A DNA stretch of 64,000 nt from the human T2T-CHM13v2.0 reference genome, Homo sapiens. The stretch lies in NCBI RefSeq assembly GCF_009914755.1, contig NC_060933.1; one strand, given 5' to 3'. Under the pieces are notes generated by a model, which did no database searches, was not told the DNA's origin, and worked only from the letters and a program-made list of their open reading frames with translations. Both the position numbers and the translations under genes were made by a program. Each line of letters opens with the position of its first letter. The first letter of the stretch is position 1. Shown in pieces: positions 1 to 14,794 of this stretch.

Positions 1-641
<641 letters not shown>

Positions 642-664
642 GAATATCTAATGACAAGAGAAAT

Positions 665-1245
665 TCTGTTAGATAAGTTGCTTTTGGCTATAAGTAACAG
701 AAAAATTTAAACAGCATAAACAATATAGCTATTTATTTTACCATCTGTCAAGATGTCCAGTTTGGGAATGGTTGCAACATCGGTTAATTCAGAAGTTTAA
801 CAAAGGAATAGCAGTCCTGGTTCTGATCTTGTTCATCAGCTGATCTTGTTCATCAAGCTTGCTCCCCCATCCCCCATGTTTGCAAATTGGCTGCCATTGT
901 TTCAGATACATTCAGACAATACCCAGACTTGAAAACGGAAGTTTCTTCCTACAAGTCATTTTTTTTTAAAGAGCAAAGAAACTTTTCCCAGACATTCCCT
1001 AAGGACTTCCCTGATGTCTCTTTGGCCAAAATAATGTCACATGCTTACTCCCAAGTCCATCACTGACAAGGTGAAAGGAATGATTAAGAATGACCTAGAC
1101 CAATTAAGTTTCATTCCCTCAGGCTGGAGAAGGTTCCAGCTTTCCCTACAGCACATGGCTGTCCTATGTCTCAACAAAATCAGGGTTGGCTCACAAACCA
1201 GAATGGAGAGAATTGGCTGTTAACTAGACTACCGTCAGGTAACAC
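665..1245 (-). mobile_element. Old ERVL/MaLR-type LTR (LTR33/MLT1-like)
   Basis: Begins 'tgttagataagttgcttttggctataagtaacagaaaa', typical of reverse-oriented LTR33/MLT1 ends. Confidence 0.5.
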
Positions 1246-2199
1246 AACAGTAAATGCAACATATTTCCATTTGTATAAAGAAAAGTGAATATAGATAGGT
1301 CTATAAAGAATAAAAGCCTATGCATATTTTAAAATATTATTCATGTTGTTGGGATTATAGAAAATATTTATTTTTCTTGTTTCTGCTTTTCTTTTTTTCC
1401 TAAATGTTCTGCAATGAATATGTAATATATTTGAAGTCTATTTGTGCCCTCCCCCCACCAAAAATATATCCAAGAAAGGTTACTTTAAAATAAAACATTT
1501 ATAGTCCTTGCCAGGTCTTTTTTTTTTTTTCTTTTAAAGTAAGTATTAAGAGCAGTTATGTAAAATCAAACTCAGAGGTTTCATTCAGTTGAGGCTAGAA
1601 TGTGTCTGATGCAGCCTCCAAAGACATGGAGCCTCCTGCACTCGCATGAGTCCCAGGACCCTGAGGCCCCACGGAGATGTCAGCAATTTTATCCCAGGGG
1701 CTACTCTTGCTGCTTAGAAGACGATGTCCTGTGACTTATCTTCCCAAACTGGAAGGTTGGACAGTACAAACCAGATTCTAAACCAGTTCTCAGTGTCAGG
1801 GCCAAGAAGATATCAGACCTGTCTAGGGAACAGGGTTACACTGAGACTTTCGGTTCCACCACAAGCAGGAAGACAGAGCTGGAGGAATGAAAACAGAAGG
1901 CACAGCAAAAAAGACAATTAAAGAGCAGCGAAGTCACTCTATGCCTCTAGACACATGTCCAATAACTTGGCATAAAAGCACATGCATTTTGTGACCAAGT
2001 TGGACTGGAATTCTGTCCTGGTGTACTCTGCATGTCACCTGTAGACACTTCTCAGCCTGTACCCGGGATTCAAAAAGTTGAGGGCGATCAAGAATGAGGA
2101 AAGATATTTCTGCAGCCAAAGCAGGGACAGTCCACATTCACTCAGCAAATCTCTGACCCTCTGCATGAAACCCCAGTGGCCACCTCCAGCCCAGTCCTG

Positions 2200-2820
2200 G
2201 CGACACAGAGCAGGCAGTGCCCTCAAGGAGATGAGAGACGCAACCCAAGTGGAAAAGACTCGAGCTTTAGAGCAACACAGACCTCAGCTCCAATCGGACG
2301 TCACCAATTGCTAGTTGTGCAAACTTCGGCAAGCCACTTCACCACCCTGTGCCTCAGTTTCTTCACGTGTAAAATGAGAATAAGGCTTTTTAAGTATTCA
2401 TCGAGTTCGCTTATGCAAAGTGTGACGAACCTCAGCTCAGCATAATTGAGTGAAGAAGCTGGAAGGGCAGTAATGGCCTCCAAATGCACCTCCAACAGCC
2501 ACCCAGGAAATCCCGCCCTTGCTTTCGCCTCAGACTCTGGGCACAAAAATTAATCAAGAGCTCTGAGGCCGGAAATCTGGAGCTGTCAGATTCACTCTTC
2601 TGGATTGAACTTTTAATGGAGGTGGATCACTGGGGCTTGCTCTTGCCAGATAAATAAATGGTACTTTAAAAATTATACCCAGCTAACATAACCTGCTCAC
2701 AGCCACACCACTGGTGCTGGGGAAGCGAGCTCTGACTCCGAAGAACAAATCACGCCTGAGGGGCCTGAGTGGAGAAAGTAAGGTTAAATCACTGGAACCA
2801 CGTATCCATCTGCAACGGAC
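2200..2820 (+). promoter_or_regulatory. Candidate promoter/enhancer (CpG-retaining, motif cluster), partly over a MIR
   Basis: 18 CpGs in about 620 bp; CCAAT 2290 and 2304, CRE-like GGACGTCA 2296, E-box CACGTG 2364, GGAAATCCC/CCGCCC 2506-2518, ETS-like CCGGAAAT 2569. Confidence 0.4.
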
Positions 2821-3360
2821 TGTGTGGGTGGTGTGCATGAAAAGAACAGAGAAGAAGGTAGGAGAAGCTGCAGGAGGCAGAAACTGGAGGGGAGGCTCTG
2901 TCTTAGAGTAGCTGCCACTTTGATATCTCTCTTTTTTTGGAAATGCTCTCTGCTGCTACTTGTTTGGGAGTTTAGCACAGCTAGAGAAATGGCTCATGAA
3001 GCTTGAGGTGAGGTGGAGATGAATTCCCTCTAATGAAAATCCCTGAGCCATCAAAGTGCTTCATTAGTTCCACACAAGACCTCTAAGGTGCGCAATGGAC
3101 ATACGGGGCTCTTCAGTGAAAAGATTATTCCCCGTGTGCTCATCTGGACACTAAATTCTGGTTTAATCACTATTAAAACTGTCCTGAGAGAAAAAATGGG
3201 GCATGTGAAAATGAGAACACTCAAGGTCATATTTATCCACATTGTTTAGAGTGAAAAGTGTAGCTCATACAAAGCTTGCCTGGCTACTGAAACCACTTCA
3301 TTGAAAAAAAAAAGGCCAATAAATATGTCCAAGCCTTTGTACTTCCATTTTTGTAATCTA

Positions 3361-3753
<393 letters not shown>

Positions 3754-4158
3754 TTACAAGTTTGTGTTTTGATGATAGTGAATTAGTGATATCTAATATC
3801 ATCACTTGATAATAGTGATGGTGGTACAATAGCCAGAGAGTTCAAACCTTCTGCTTGCGAATTGGGAAACTGAGACCCAGAGAGATGAAAGGACTTACTC
3901 AGGACACAGAAATTGCCACTGGCTGACCTAGGTCTGGAGCCCAGGGCTTTGTGTAAATATATAAATATTTATGGATTTAGGTATGTACTTATTAATTTTT
4001 AAATAGTAACTAACCTTCATCTCACAGTGAGTACATGTCCATATTTTAAAGAGTCAAACAGCACTATGTGGTTTATAACAGAAAACAGTGGTCTCAAACC
4101 CTAAATGCAGGCAACTGCTTTCAAATCTGTCCCATGCTTCCTCTGACACATGCCTCCC

Positions 4159-4372
4159 TTTTTTTATTATTATTATTTTTTGAGATGGAGTCTCGCTCTG
4201 TTGCCCAGGCTGGAGTGCAGTGGTGCGATCCCAGCTAATTTTTCATATTTTTAGTAGAGACGGGGTTTGGCCATGTTGGCCAGGCTGGTCTCGAACTCGG
4301 GACCTCAGGGGATCCACCTGCTTCAGCCTCCCAAAGTTCTGGGATTACAGGTGTGAGCTATCATGCATGGCT
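4159..4372 (-). mobile_element. Alu (AluS) with internal deletion of most of the right arm
   Basis: T-rich tail, then 'gcgatc|ccagctaatttt' junction skipping right-arm sequence. Confidence 0.9.
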
Positions 4373-4377
4373 GCCTC

Positions 4378-5703
4378 TGAGAAGTGACAGCGTGCTGGCA
4401 GTCCTCACAGCCCTCGCTCGCTCTTGGTGCCACCTCTGCCTGGGCTCCCACTTTGGCAGCACTTGAGGAGCCCTTCAGCTCACCGCTGCACTGTGGGAGC
4501 CCCTTTCTGGGCTGGCCAAGGCCGGAGCCGGCTCCCTCAGCTTGCAGGGAGGTGTGGAGGGAAAGGCGCGAGTGGGAACCGGGGCTGCCCGCGGCGCTTG
4601 CGGGCCAGCTGGAGTTCCGGGTGGGCGTGGGCTTGGCGGGCCCCACACTCGGAGCAGCCCGCCGGCCCTGCCAGCCCTGGGCAATGAGGGGCTCAGCACC
4701 CGGACCAGCGGCTGCGGAGGGTGTACTGGGTCCCCCAGCAGTGCCAGCCCACCAGCGCTGCGCTGGATTTCTCGCCGGGCCTTAGCTGCCTTCCCGCGGG
4801 GCAGGGCTTGGGACCTGCAGCCCGCCAGGCCTGAGCCTCCCACCCCCTCCGTGGGCTCCTGTGCGGCCCAAGCCTCCCCGATGAGCGCGGCCCCCTGCTC
4901 CGCGGCGCCCAGTCCCATCGACCACCCAAGGGCTGAGGAGTGCAGGCGCACGGCGCAGGACTGGCAGGCAGCTCCACCTGCAGCCCTGGTGCCGGATCCA
5001 CTGGGTGAAGCCAGCTGGGCTCCTGAGTCTGGTGGGGACATGGAGAACCTTTATGTCTAGCTCAGGGATTGTAAATACACCAATTGGCACTCTGTATCTA
5101 GCTCAAGGTTTGTAAACACACCAATCAGCACCCTGTGTCTAGCTCAGGGTTTGTGAATGCACCAATGGACACTCTGTATCTAGCTACTCTGGTGGGGCCT
5201 TGGAGAACCTTTGTGTGGACACTCTGTATCTAGCTAATCTGGTGGGGACGTGGAGAACCTTTATGTCCAGCTCAGGGATTGTAAACGCACCAATCAGCGC
5301 CCTGTCAAAACAGACCACTGGCTCTACCAATCAGCAGGATGTGGGTGGGGCCAGATAAGAGAACAAAAGCAGGCTGCCGGAGCCGGCAGTGGCAACCCGC
5401 TCTGGTCCCCTTCTACAGTGTGGAAGCTTTGTTCTTTCGCTCTTTGCAATAAATCTTGCTGCTGATCACACTTTGGGTCCACACTGCCTTTATGAGCTGT
5501 AGCCAGCTCATAAAGCCAGCTTCAACTCCTGAAGCCAGCAAGACCACGAACCCACCAGAAGGAAGAAACTCCGAACACATCCGAACATCAGAAGGAACAA
5601 ACTCCTAACACGCCGCCTTTAAGAACTGTTAACACTCACCGCGAAGGTTGGCGGCTTCATTCTTGAAGTCAGTGAGACCAAGCACCCACCAATTCCGGAC
5701 ACA
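4378..5703 (+). mobile_element. Solo LTR12C (ERV9 LTR)
   Basis: Starts TGAGAAGTGACAGCGTGCTGG, ends AATTCCGGACACA; GC-rich 5' part, CCAAT-containing tandem enhancer repeats (about 5030-5340), AATAAA 5448-5453; 4-bp TSD cctc at 4374-4377 and 5704-5707. Confidence 0.96.
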
Positions 5704-5707
5704 CCTC

Positions 5708-6560
5708 CATATTTTAAAATAACCTACTGATAGTAGATTTCTTGTTGTTACCACTTTTAGGCATAATCTATTGATATCCTAATTTGAAAAACGAAGAGTT
5801 ATCCTCTCCTGACTTCTCCTCCTCTGTTCTACCTATATTTGGCAATTATTTTTAAATTTCTGATTCAATCAGTAATTAGTAAATAAATTATTACAACCCT
5901 GCACATCTTCTCTGCTGAGTCTATTATGACTTCATTTTTTTCTTTTTGAATTTTTTTCTTGTTTATGGAGTTAGTAATTGCCTTATGTATATATTTTTTC
6001 TTTTGCTTAGTCGTGCACTGTCATGAATTCTCAAACTCTCCAGTAGAATGTACTCTCCCTCTCAGCACTATTTTCCGTATATGTCTGGTTCCCTAGCAGT
6101 TTTACACTGTTCCTGATTATGTCTCCCTTTGAGTCCGGTTCTCCTGCTGCAGACTAGCCAGTTACTTACAAGGCTCTGCCCAGACTTCAAGCTGGGAAAA
6201 TCCTTCACAGGAATCCCCTCTGTCTTAGGTTGGATTCTCCTGTTTCCTAGACCACATGTATTCTTCTTGGACAAATAATTCATTCATTTTGGTGAAGTAC
6301 TGCCAGAGAAAAGATTCATAGCATACAAATTTTTGTGAAAATGACGGCATTCTACCCTCATATTCAATTGATAGTTTGGCTAGGTATAGACTTTTCTACC
6401 TAATTGATAGTTTAGCTGTGTCTAAACTTTTCCTTCAGAAGTTTGAAGGCTTTGCCCCTTGGATAGATATCTAGCTGCCAATGTTGCATTTGGGAATTTT
6501 GATGTCATTCTGATTCCCATTTTTTTAAATATAATATGTTTCTAGAATGTTCTCTTTATC
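5708..6560 (-). mobile_element. Old L1M fragments (continuing from about 3960-4150)
   Basis: T-rich antisense L1-like phrases such as 'tgatagtttggctaggtataga' and 'tttccttcagaagtttgaagg'. Confidence 0.55.
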
Positions 6561-6734
6561 CCTTTGGAGAGGAAAAATGTATTGAATATTTATTATGTAT
6601 TAGACCTATTCAAAGCTATGCACTTATCTTGACAGTCCTTACAAAAAAAAAAAGTGAAAATTACTTTTCCTCTTTTTCAATAATAGAATTGAAACTCAGG
6701 GAGGGTATGTAATCTGCCTGATGCATGGGGCCTG

Positions 6735-7030
6735 TCACTGTAGGTTATGCTGTAGTGACAACCCTAAAACCTCAGAAAACTTGCTCATGCATATTATATG
6801 TTTGACATGAGTTATTAGCGGTCTCAGCTTATCAAAGTCACTCAGGGACGCTAGTTCTGGAGGTTCTAACAACATGTGCATCCATGCTCAATGCTGCAGG
6901 GAAAAGGAAACACGGCAAGTCACTTAATCATCGTCAAAGTTTCTGCCTGAAAGTAACACAGGCCACTCCTTTCCATGTCCAATTGCCTAAACCCTGTGAC
7001 ATGGGCACACATAACTTTAAAGGCAGTGGT
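6735..7030 (-). mobile_element. MLT1-type MaLR LTR fragment
   Basis: 'taggttatgctgtagtgacaaccctaaaacctcag' ... 'gacatgggcacacataactttaaaggcag'. Confidence 0.5.
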
Positions 7031-8818
7031 AGTATTTCCATGAGGGAATTCCTTCCTGGCAGTTTTCTGTAAATGTATATGTTTTTCCAAATTCCAAGTC
7101 CCAGTGAAATTTAGTCGACAAGGTGGGAAAACAGAAAACGAGTATTATGATTCTTCCATAAGAATTAAAGCATAGGAATTAACATAGACATGTTACTCAT
7201 GTTGATTCGAAAAGCAAGACCAAAAAATGCTAATGGGGAAAATCAAAGGTTAAGGTCAACATTTCTGGGAACCAGGATAGGAGGAGGGACTAGAGAAGTG
7301 AGAATCATCTAATCAGTCTTGTTTGTAGCATTGTTATATTGTAAGTGTGTATTCATGGCTTTGCCTGCTGGGTGACTCATTCTTGCAAATAAAGTAAACA
7401 TCAGTAAGTTTGTATGTGTAGTGTACTTCATACAAATCCTATGAGTGATGTTCTAAGAAACCAGTTTTGAAAACAAATGTCCTTAAATTGGCAGTTTCAA
7501 TGCATGGTTCTATTTAGTGCTGTTAACTTTGCTAAGGGATCTGAATGTCATATTATTTGAATACAACCCAGTAATGTTGACTGGTGTTTTTCAGTTTTTG
7601 AATATTCCCTCTAGGCTACAGTTCTTTGTAAATATTTTAACTGAAGAAATGCAAGGAGCAGATGATATGAATGTTGTGGAAGACTCCGACAGGAAATCAG
7701 AGACTGTACAAAAACCTGAATTAGCAAAAGCAATATCAATTTCAATGGCAAAATCAAAACCAGAACTAGCAGACAAGAAAAGCAAATATTTTTATTTTCA
7801 TTATTAAAAAAACAAATAACTTACATGAAGTAATAGGTGTTCTAAAGCTCAGCTTGAAGATGCTTTTGTATGCAATCCTCACAATTGAACAAATGTCCAT
7901 GCAAGGCAGGAAATTGGCTAGGCAAATAATTCTTTGTGGGTTCTACATTTTCATTTTAATAATGATAACTTATAGAAGTATTTGTGGTAATATATTTCAT
8001 TTTAGTAATAATTTTTACTTGCTATTTATCTTATGTTATTATCTCCATCTTTTAATATTTTCTAGTATCAGATGTCTATATGAAGAAGATTATTTTTACA
8101 TGTTACTGAAACATATATTCTTGTTGGAATAAATCAGTTCACAGTAATAATACGCCATCCATTTATTATTATGTCATTTCTAATAGAAAACTTCTGATAG
8201 CATAACCCTATCACAGAAAAATGACTTAGTATTCACAATTATGGCCGCTCATTATTATACAAATACATGTAAAAAAAGATTATGAAAAATGAATAATTTA
8301 TGACTTCAGGGTTCCTGAGAACTAAAAATCCTGACTTGTTCCCCAATCCCAAAGACCTATGCCTCTTGGAAATTTGAAAATACTAAGCAGTGCAAGATAT
8401 AATACTACCAAATGCCTGAAATGACCACAGCCATAAATATTTATTTGGTGAATAGTACTAAGTACAACCCAAATAGTCGTGCCAGAATCCAAATCCAGGT
8501 TTCTTATTCCAGAACTCATGTTCTGTCTTCTACTCAAACTTCCTCTATTGTCACTAATTGTGTATTAGTATTTATTTGCTCATTAGATTATTCCAGGATT
8601 CATTCATTTATCCAACAAGTATTTGCTAAACCCCATGTGTATAGGAATCACATTGGTCTCACACAGTGATGTTCATAATTATTTATTGAATACCTGACTA
8701 CCAGACACTAAAGGTATTATAGAGCATGAAACAGTAGTCCTAAAAGAATGAGGCACAGGCCACTTTCGATTGGGAATAGAAGGTAAAATCTAGAAAACAG
8801 TGGGACAATTGGGATCTA

Positions 8819-9150
<332 letters not shown>

Positions 9151-9195
9151 AGTGTGGTAGATGGCTTCTGAAGTCACACCTAGCAATGTAAATGT

Positions 9196-9264
9196 GAGGA
9201 AGGAAGGAAGGAAGGGAGGAAGGGAGGGAGGGAGGGAGGGAGGGAGGGAGGGAGGGAGGGAAGG
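9196..9264 (+). repeat. (GGAA)n/(GGGA)n polypurine microsatellite
   Basis: Read directly from sequence. Confidence 0.95.
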
Positions 9265-9386
9265 TCCTAAAATGAAGGAGGTGGGCTTCTAGGAGAAAGA
9301 TGAGAGCTTGCTGAGACATACAACACACTGAGTAGGAACATGGTCTTTGACATCTGATAGTGCTGCTTTTAATTCCTAATTTTTTG

Positions 9387-9520
9387 GGCCAGGCACGGTA
9401 ACTCACGCCTGTAATTCCAGCACTTTGGGAGGCTAAGGTAGGAGGACTGCTTGAGCCTAGGAGTTCAAGAGCAGTCTGAGCAATACAGTGAGATTTCATT
9501 GCTACAAAAAAAAATTAATT
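9387..9520 (+). mobile_element. Free left Alu monomer (FLAM-like)
   Basis: Single left arm with AluJ-type 'ggaggactgcttgagcctaggag' and an A tail. Confidence 0.8.
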
Positions 9521-9524
9521 TTAA

Positions 9525-9712
9525 AAATCCAAATCTTGTGATCTTAATCAAGTTGCTGAAGTGCTCTGTGCCTCAGTTTTCTCATTTGCAAAATGGGAAC
9601 AAAATAATTAATTTTAAAGCTTATTGTATGAGTTAAATATAAAGAAAACTCTTAATATAGTACCTGGGACACAGTAAACACTCAGTAAGAGGTAGCTATT
9701 AATCATACTTTA
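9525..9712 (+). mobile_element. MIR
   Basis: Core 'ctctgtgcctcagttttctcatttgcaaaatggg' and 3' 'acacagtaaacactcagtaa'. Confidence 0.75.
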
Positions 9713-9878
9713 TCGTTCTGCCTAGCTCTCAACATTCTTGAGGATTTTTAAACATTTATAAGAAATGTGCCTTACAGATTTTTAAAAGTTTCTTCAATGG
9801 ACGAAGAGTTCTGGCCTAAGGAGAGAATATTTAAAATGTAGTCTGACTTTTTGGAGAGAAAAAGTAGCCAAGATCTCA

Positions 9879-10267
<389 letters not shown>

Positions 10268-10300
10268 ATATCCAATGTGTTTGCAATATCTTTTCTCTCA

Positions 10301-10639
<339 letters not shown>

Positions 10640-10984
10640 TCAAGCCCGTTGTGAGATCATGGTGCATCCCATGTTTGCTTATCTTTTTCAATGGCTTCAC
10701 CTGTCCTGAAGAACAAACTGTTCAAGGTACTTCTCTTCCAACTAAGAAGAGGATCCACAGCTTGGGGGCAGCTTTATCCAGTTAGAGTCCTGGAAATGAC
10801 CAAGTCAAGATTGCTTCCATGATTTCCCAAGAGATGATTACTTTGTATGCCTACAAAACACATTCCAGACATATGTCAGCTTGTGCCCAGCTTGATCTGT
10901 CTGGCCAGAAACGAGGCAAGAAAGAGGTGCCATCGTGGAAATTTCCCTCCAACTCTGTGTTGTAGGGACCTTGTACACCATGTT

Positions 10985-11510
10985 AGAGAATTTAGACTTA
11001 CCACTTTAACCAATGGTCCTTAAAGCAATGGAGAGCTACCAAAGGGCTTAATGGGGGTTAGGTTTGGGAGGACATGATCAGATTTATACTTCAGAAAGGT
11101 CACTCTGGCTGAAGTGAGAAGAATGGATTGCAGCACAGAAAACCTTAGAGGCAGGAGGAGAGGCAGGAGGAGAGGCAGAAGGCTATTGCAGAAGACCGAG
11201 TGAGAGGTGAAGGTAGCCTAGACCAGGTGGTGGTGATAGAGATGGAGAAAGGGGGACAAATTCTTGGAGATGTTTGGAAAGTCTCATCACACAGGATTTA
11301 GTTGTTGATTAGATGTGGAGAAGGGGGAAGAGGAAGGAGTAACAGAATGCTGCTCAGATTTTTGGCTGGGGCATCTGAGTAAATGGCAGTGAATTCACTG
11401 AAATTGGAATGCTGGTGTAAGCACAGGTTGGTAGGAGTCAGCAAGTTCAGTTTAGGACATGCTCATTTAGAGCAACCCATGGAACCTCCAAGTGGAGATG
11501 CAGGTCGTCA
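10985..11510 (-). mobile_element. L2 fragment
   Basis: Purine-rich antisense L2 phrases, e.g. 'gacatgatcagatttatacttcagaaaggtcactctggctg'. Confidence 0.7.
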
Positions 11511-11829
11511 GCTCTCTGATTCTCAGTGTAGGGCTCTCTTTGCTTCTCCATAGCTGCTTTATCCCCCAGGAACATCTCAGACTTGAGGATGGAGGGGAGG
11601 AGATGCTATCAGGGATCTTTAGTCATAGCTGGCATATATGGGCCCAGATGGTTTGGCTGGGGGATCCCTTTTGGTGTTAGGGGGGATAATGTGTGGGGGT
11701 GGGGAGTGCAGCGAGGAAACCTTGATATGAAAATATTCTCATTTCCAAAAGCACTGATCCACTATAACAATATTGTAATTGATTCAGGCAAGGGCCATGG
11801 ATGGATGCTAAAACAAGTTTGTTTGTAAA

Positions 11830-12930
<1,101 letters not shown>

Positions 12931-13165
12931 AGCACAAGCCGAGGGAGTTCTAAACATTGAAGACTCTAACCAGTGTTTTTTTTTAAGGTCAAATATTTTA
13001 ATATTATTTTTTCTAGCCACTAAATTCCATCTTAATGAAATGTCAAAATAGGAAACAGGTGAAGGAGTAATTTCCTGCACTGCCAGGCTCCTAAGAATGT
13101 ACAGTATTAGCTTCAATTTCAAACCTGCAGTGTTTAGAAAGGAATTTGTTTTCTTTTAAATCCAG

Positions 13166-13372
13166 GTACCAAAGTTGAAAGCCCCGAATGCTCACAGAGC
13201 AGCTGGAACAAGAATTACTGCCTGCAGGCGCTTCTGTCCACCAGCCACGTGTCAGTGAGTGGCCCTGGACCCAGCCAGGTTGTGTGTGCACCTGCGGTTC
13301 TTGCCATGGGGAGCAGGAGCCATTTGGCTGCTCCTCTTCATAGGGCACCACCTGCAATCTTTCACTGCCCAG
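13166..13372 (+). other. Candidate spliced exon (207 nt, open in phase 1-1)
   Basis: Acceptor tttgttttcttttaaatccAG, donor CAG|GTAAGC, one frame with no stop. Confidence 0.35.
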
Positions 13373-13394
13373 GTAAGCAGAGCATAGGAAGTCA

Positions 13395-14320
13395 GGGAAT
13401 CAGAGCACTGAATGGATCTTGGAAAGCACCCAGTCCAACTCTCCCCACCTTCCCATCTGTGGCATTAATCACCTCTATAACGTTGTAACCAACTGGTCAA
13501 CCAGCCTCTATTTGAACATAGCCAGTGGCTAAAACGTCTAAGCAGCTCATCCATTTTTGAATAGCTTAAATTGTTTGAATATCCTTTCTCTTAAGAATAA
13601 GTATCAGTACAAAATGCCTACTTCCGTTTTGTAGGTATCTGGTAAATTTTTTTCAATAAAAAAAGTCAAGTCAGATTAACTAAAATTGTGGAACAACTTG
13701 AATATTTGCAGTCAATAACTAAAGTCATATATTTCAGATCCTTCAGCAGGGCATCTCTGTAAAATAACATTTGGAAATCACAGAAATTTACTCTTAAAGG
13801 GCCTTTCTTGTTCATTACATTCTGAGATACACCCATTTTATGGCCATATATTTGAAAACAGACAAAAATACAGGAAATTTATAGGGACACGTAGTAGGCA
13901 TATGTATATGTATGGATAGCACGTTTACATGTGCATAGATAGGGGACATGGGAGGATAGATATCAAGGGTATTCCTAGGGAGTGGGAGTGGGTAAAGGAA
14001 AAGAGGCTTTTACTCTCCACCTTAGACATTTTGTTATTGTTTGATTTTATTTTTTACAAAGAGTATGTTGCTATTTCTATCACTTAAAACCATTTTCTCA
14101 AAAATTTACAAAACAACAATAGAGAGAAATCACTTACATTGAGCTGAAATCTGATTGCCCAGAGTTTCCATTTTCTACTGCACTCTGGACAACTTAAGAT
14201 AAGCCCACTCCTTCTTGCACATAGCAGCGAGTCAGCTGTCTGATGCCAGTCCTTGAGGCCTCCATATTTCTCTTCTCCAAGATAAATGTTCCCATTTCCT
14301 TCAGCTGTCTCTCAGTTGGC
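13395..14320 (-). mobile_element. L3/CR1 remnants (about 13395-13590 and 14135-14320) split by an old L1-like insert
   Basis: 'ggatcttggaaagcacccagtccaac', 'cattgagctgaaatctg', 'ttctcttctccaagataaat'. Confidence 0.5.
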
Positions 14321-14794
14321 AGGAATTCAAGTCTTCTTGACTTCTTATCACTGCCCACCTCCCACTGAAGTAGAGCATATCAGGTGGGCTCAGAGAAAAA
14401 CCCATTCAGAAGTTCAGGTGGCAGTTGGTCATCTATTGAAAATTAGCGAGTCCATGGTTCTTTGTGTTCTTGCACCAACTTGGCCTAACTTTTTGGGGTC
14501 TCAGGTGCTGTATTAAAGGTGCTCTATTTCATGCATCAGTGATGGATGAAAGCAGGTCTGCAGGACACACATGCAGTTATAATCAGAACACCATGGCGAG
14601 CTTTCCCAACACTTATAAAACCTGGCTGATATATCAATGCCAACTCAGCACAAGAACAGCAAGGAAAATGTATAAAGGGAATAGTAGGAAAATATGTTCC
14701 CCTGGCAATCAGAAGAATTAACAATGGTATAGCGAAGATATGCATGTTATGGCAGCACATGACCAAGATAAGAGCACATAGCAAAGCGGTCAAG

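Noticed and set aside
5030-5340. Regularly spaced ~40-bp repeats resembling an array
   Set aside because: Known ERV9 LTR enhancer tandem repeats; no unique spacers, so not CRISPR-like
4323-5465. Cluster of 100-188 aa overlapping ORFs
   Set aside because: All lie within the GC-rich LTR12C; stop-poor composition, not genes
7040-8330. Possible old LTR (AATAAA, TGACTCA near 7373) and a 96-aa ORF at 7517
   Set aside because: Probably ancient repeat remnants; I could not assign a family or homologue with confidence
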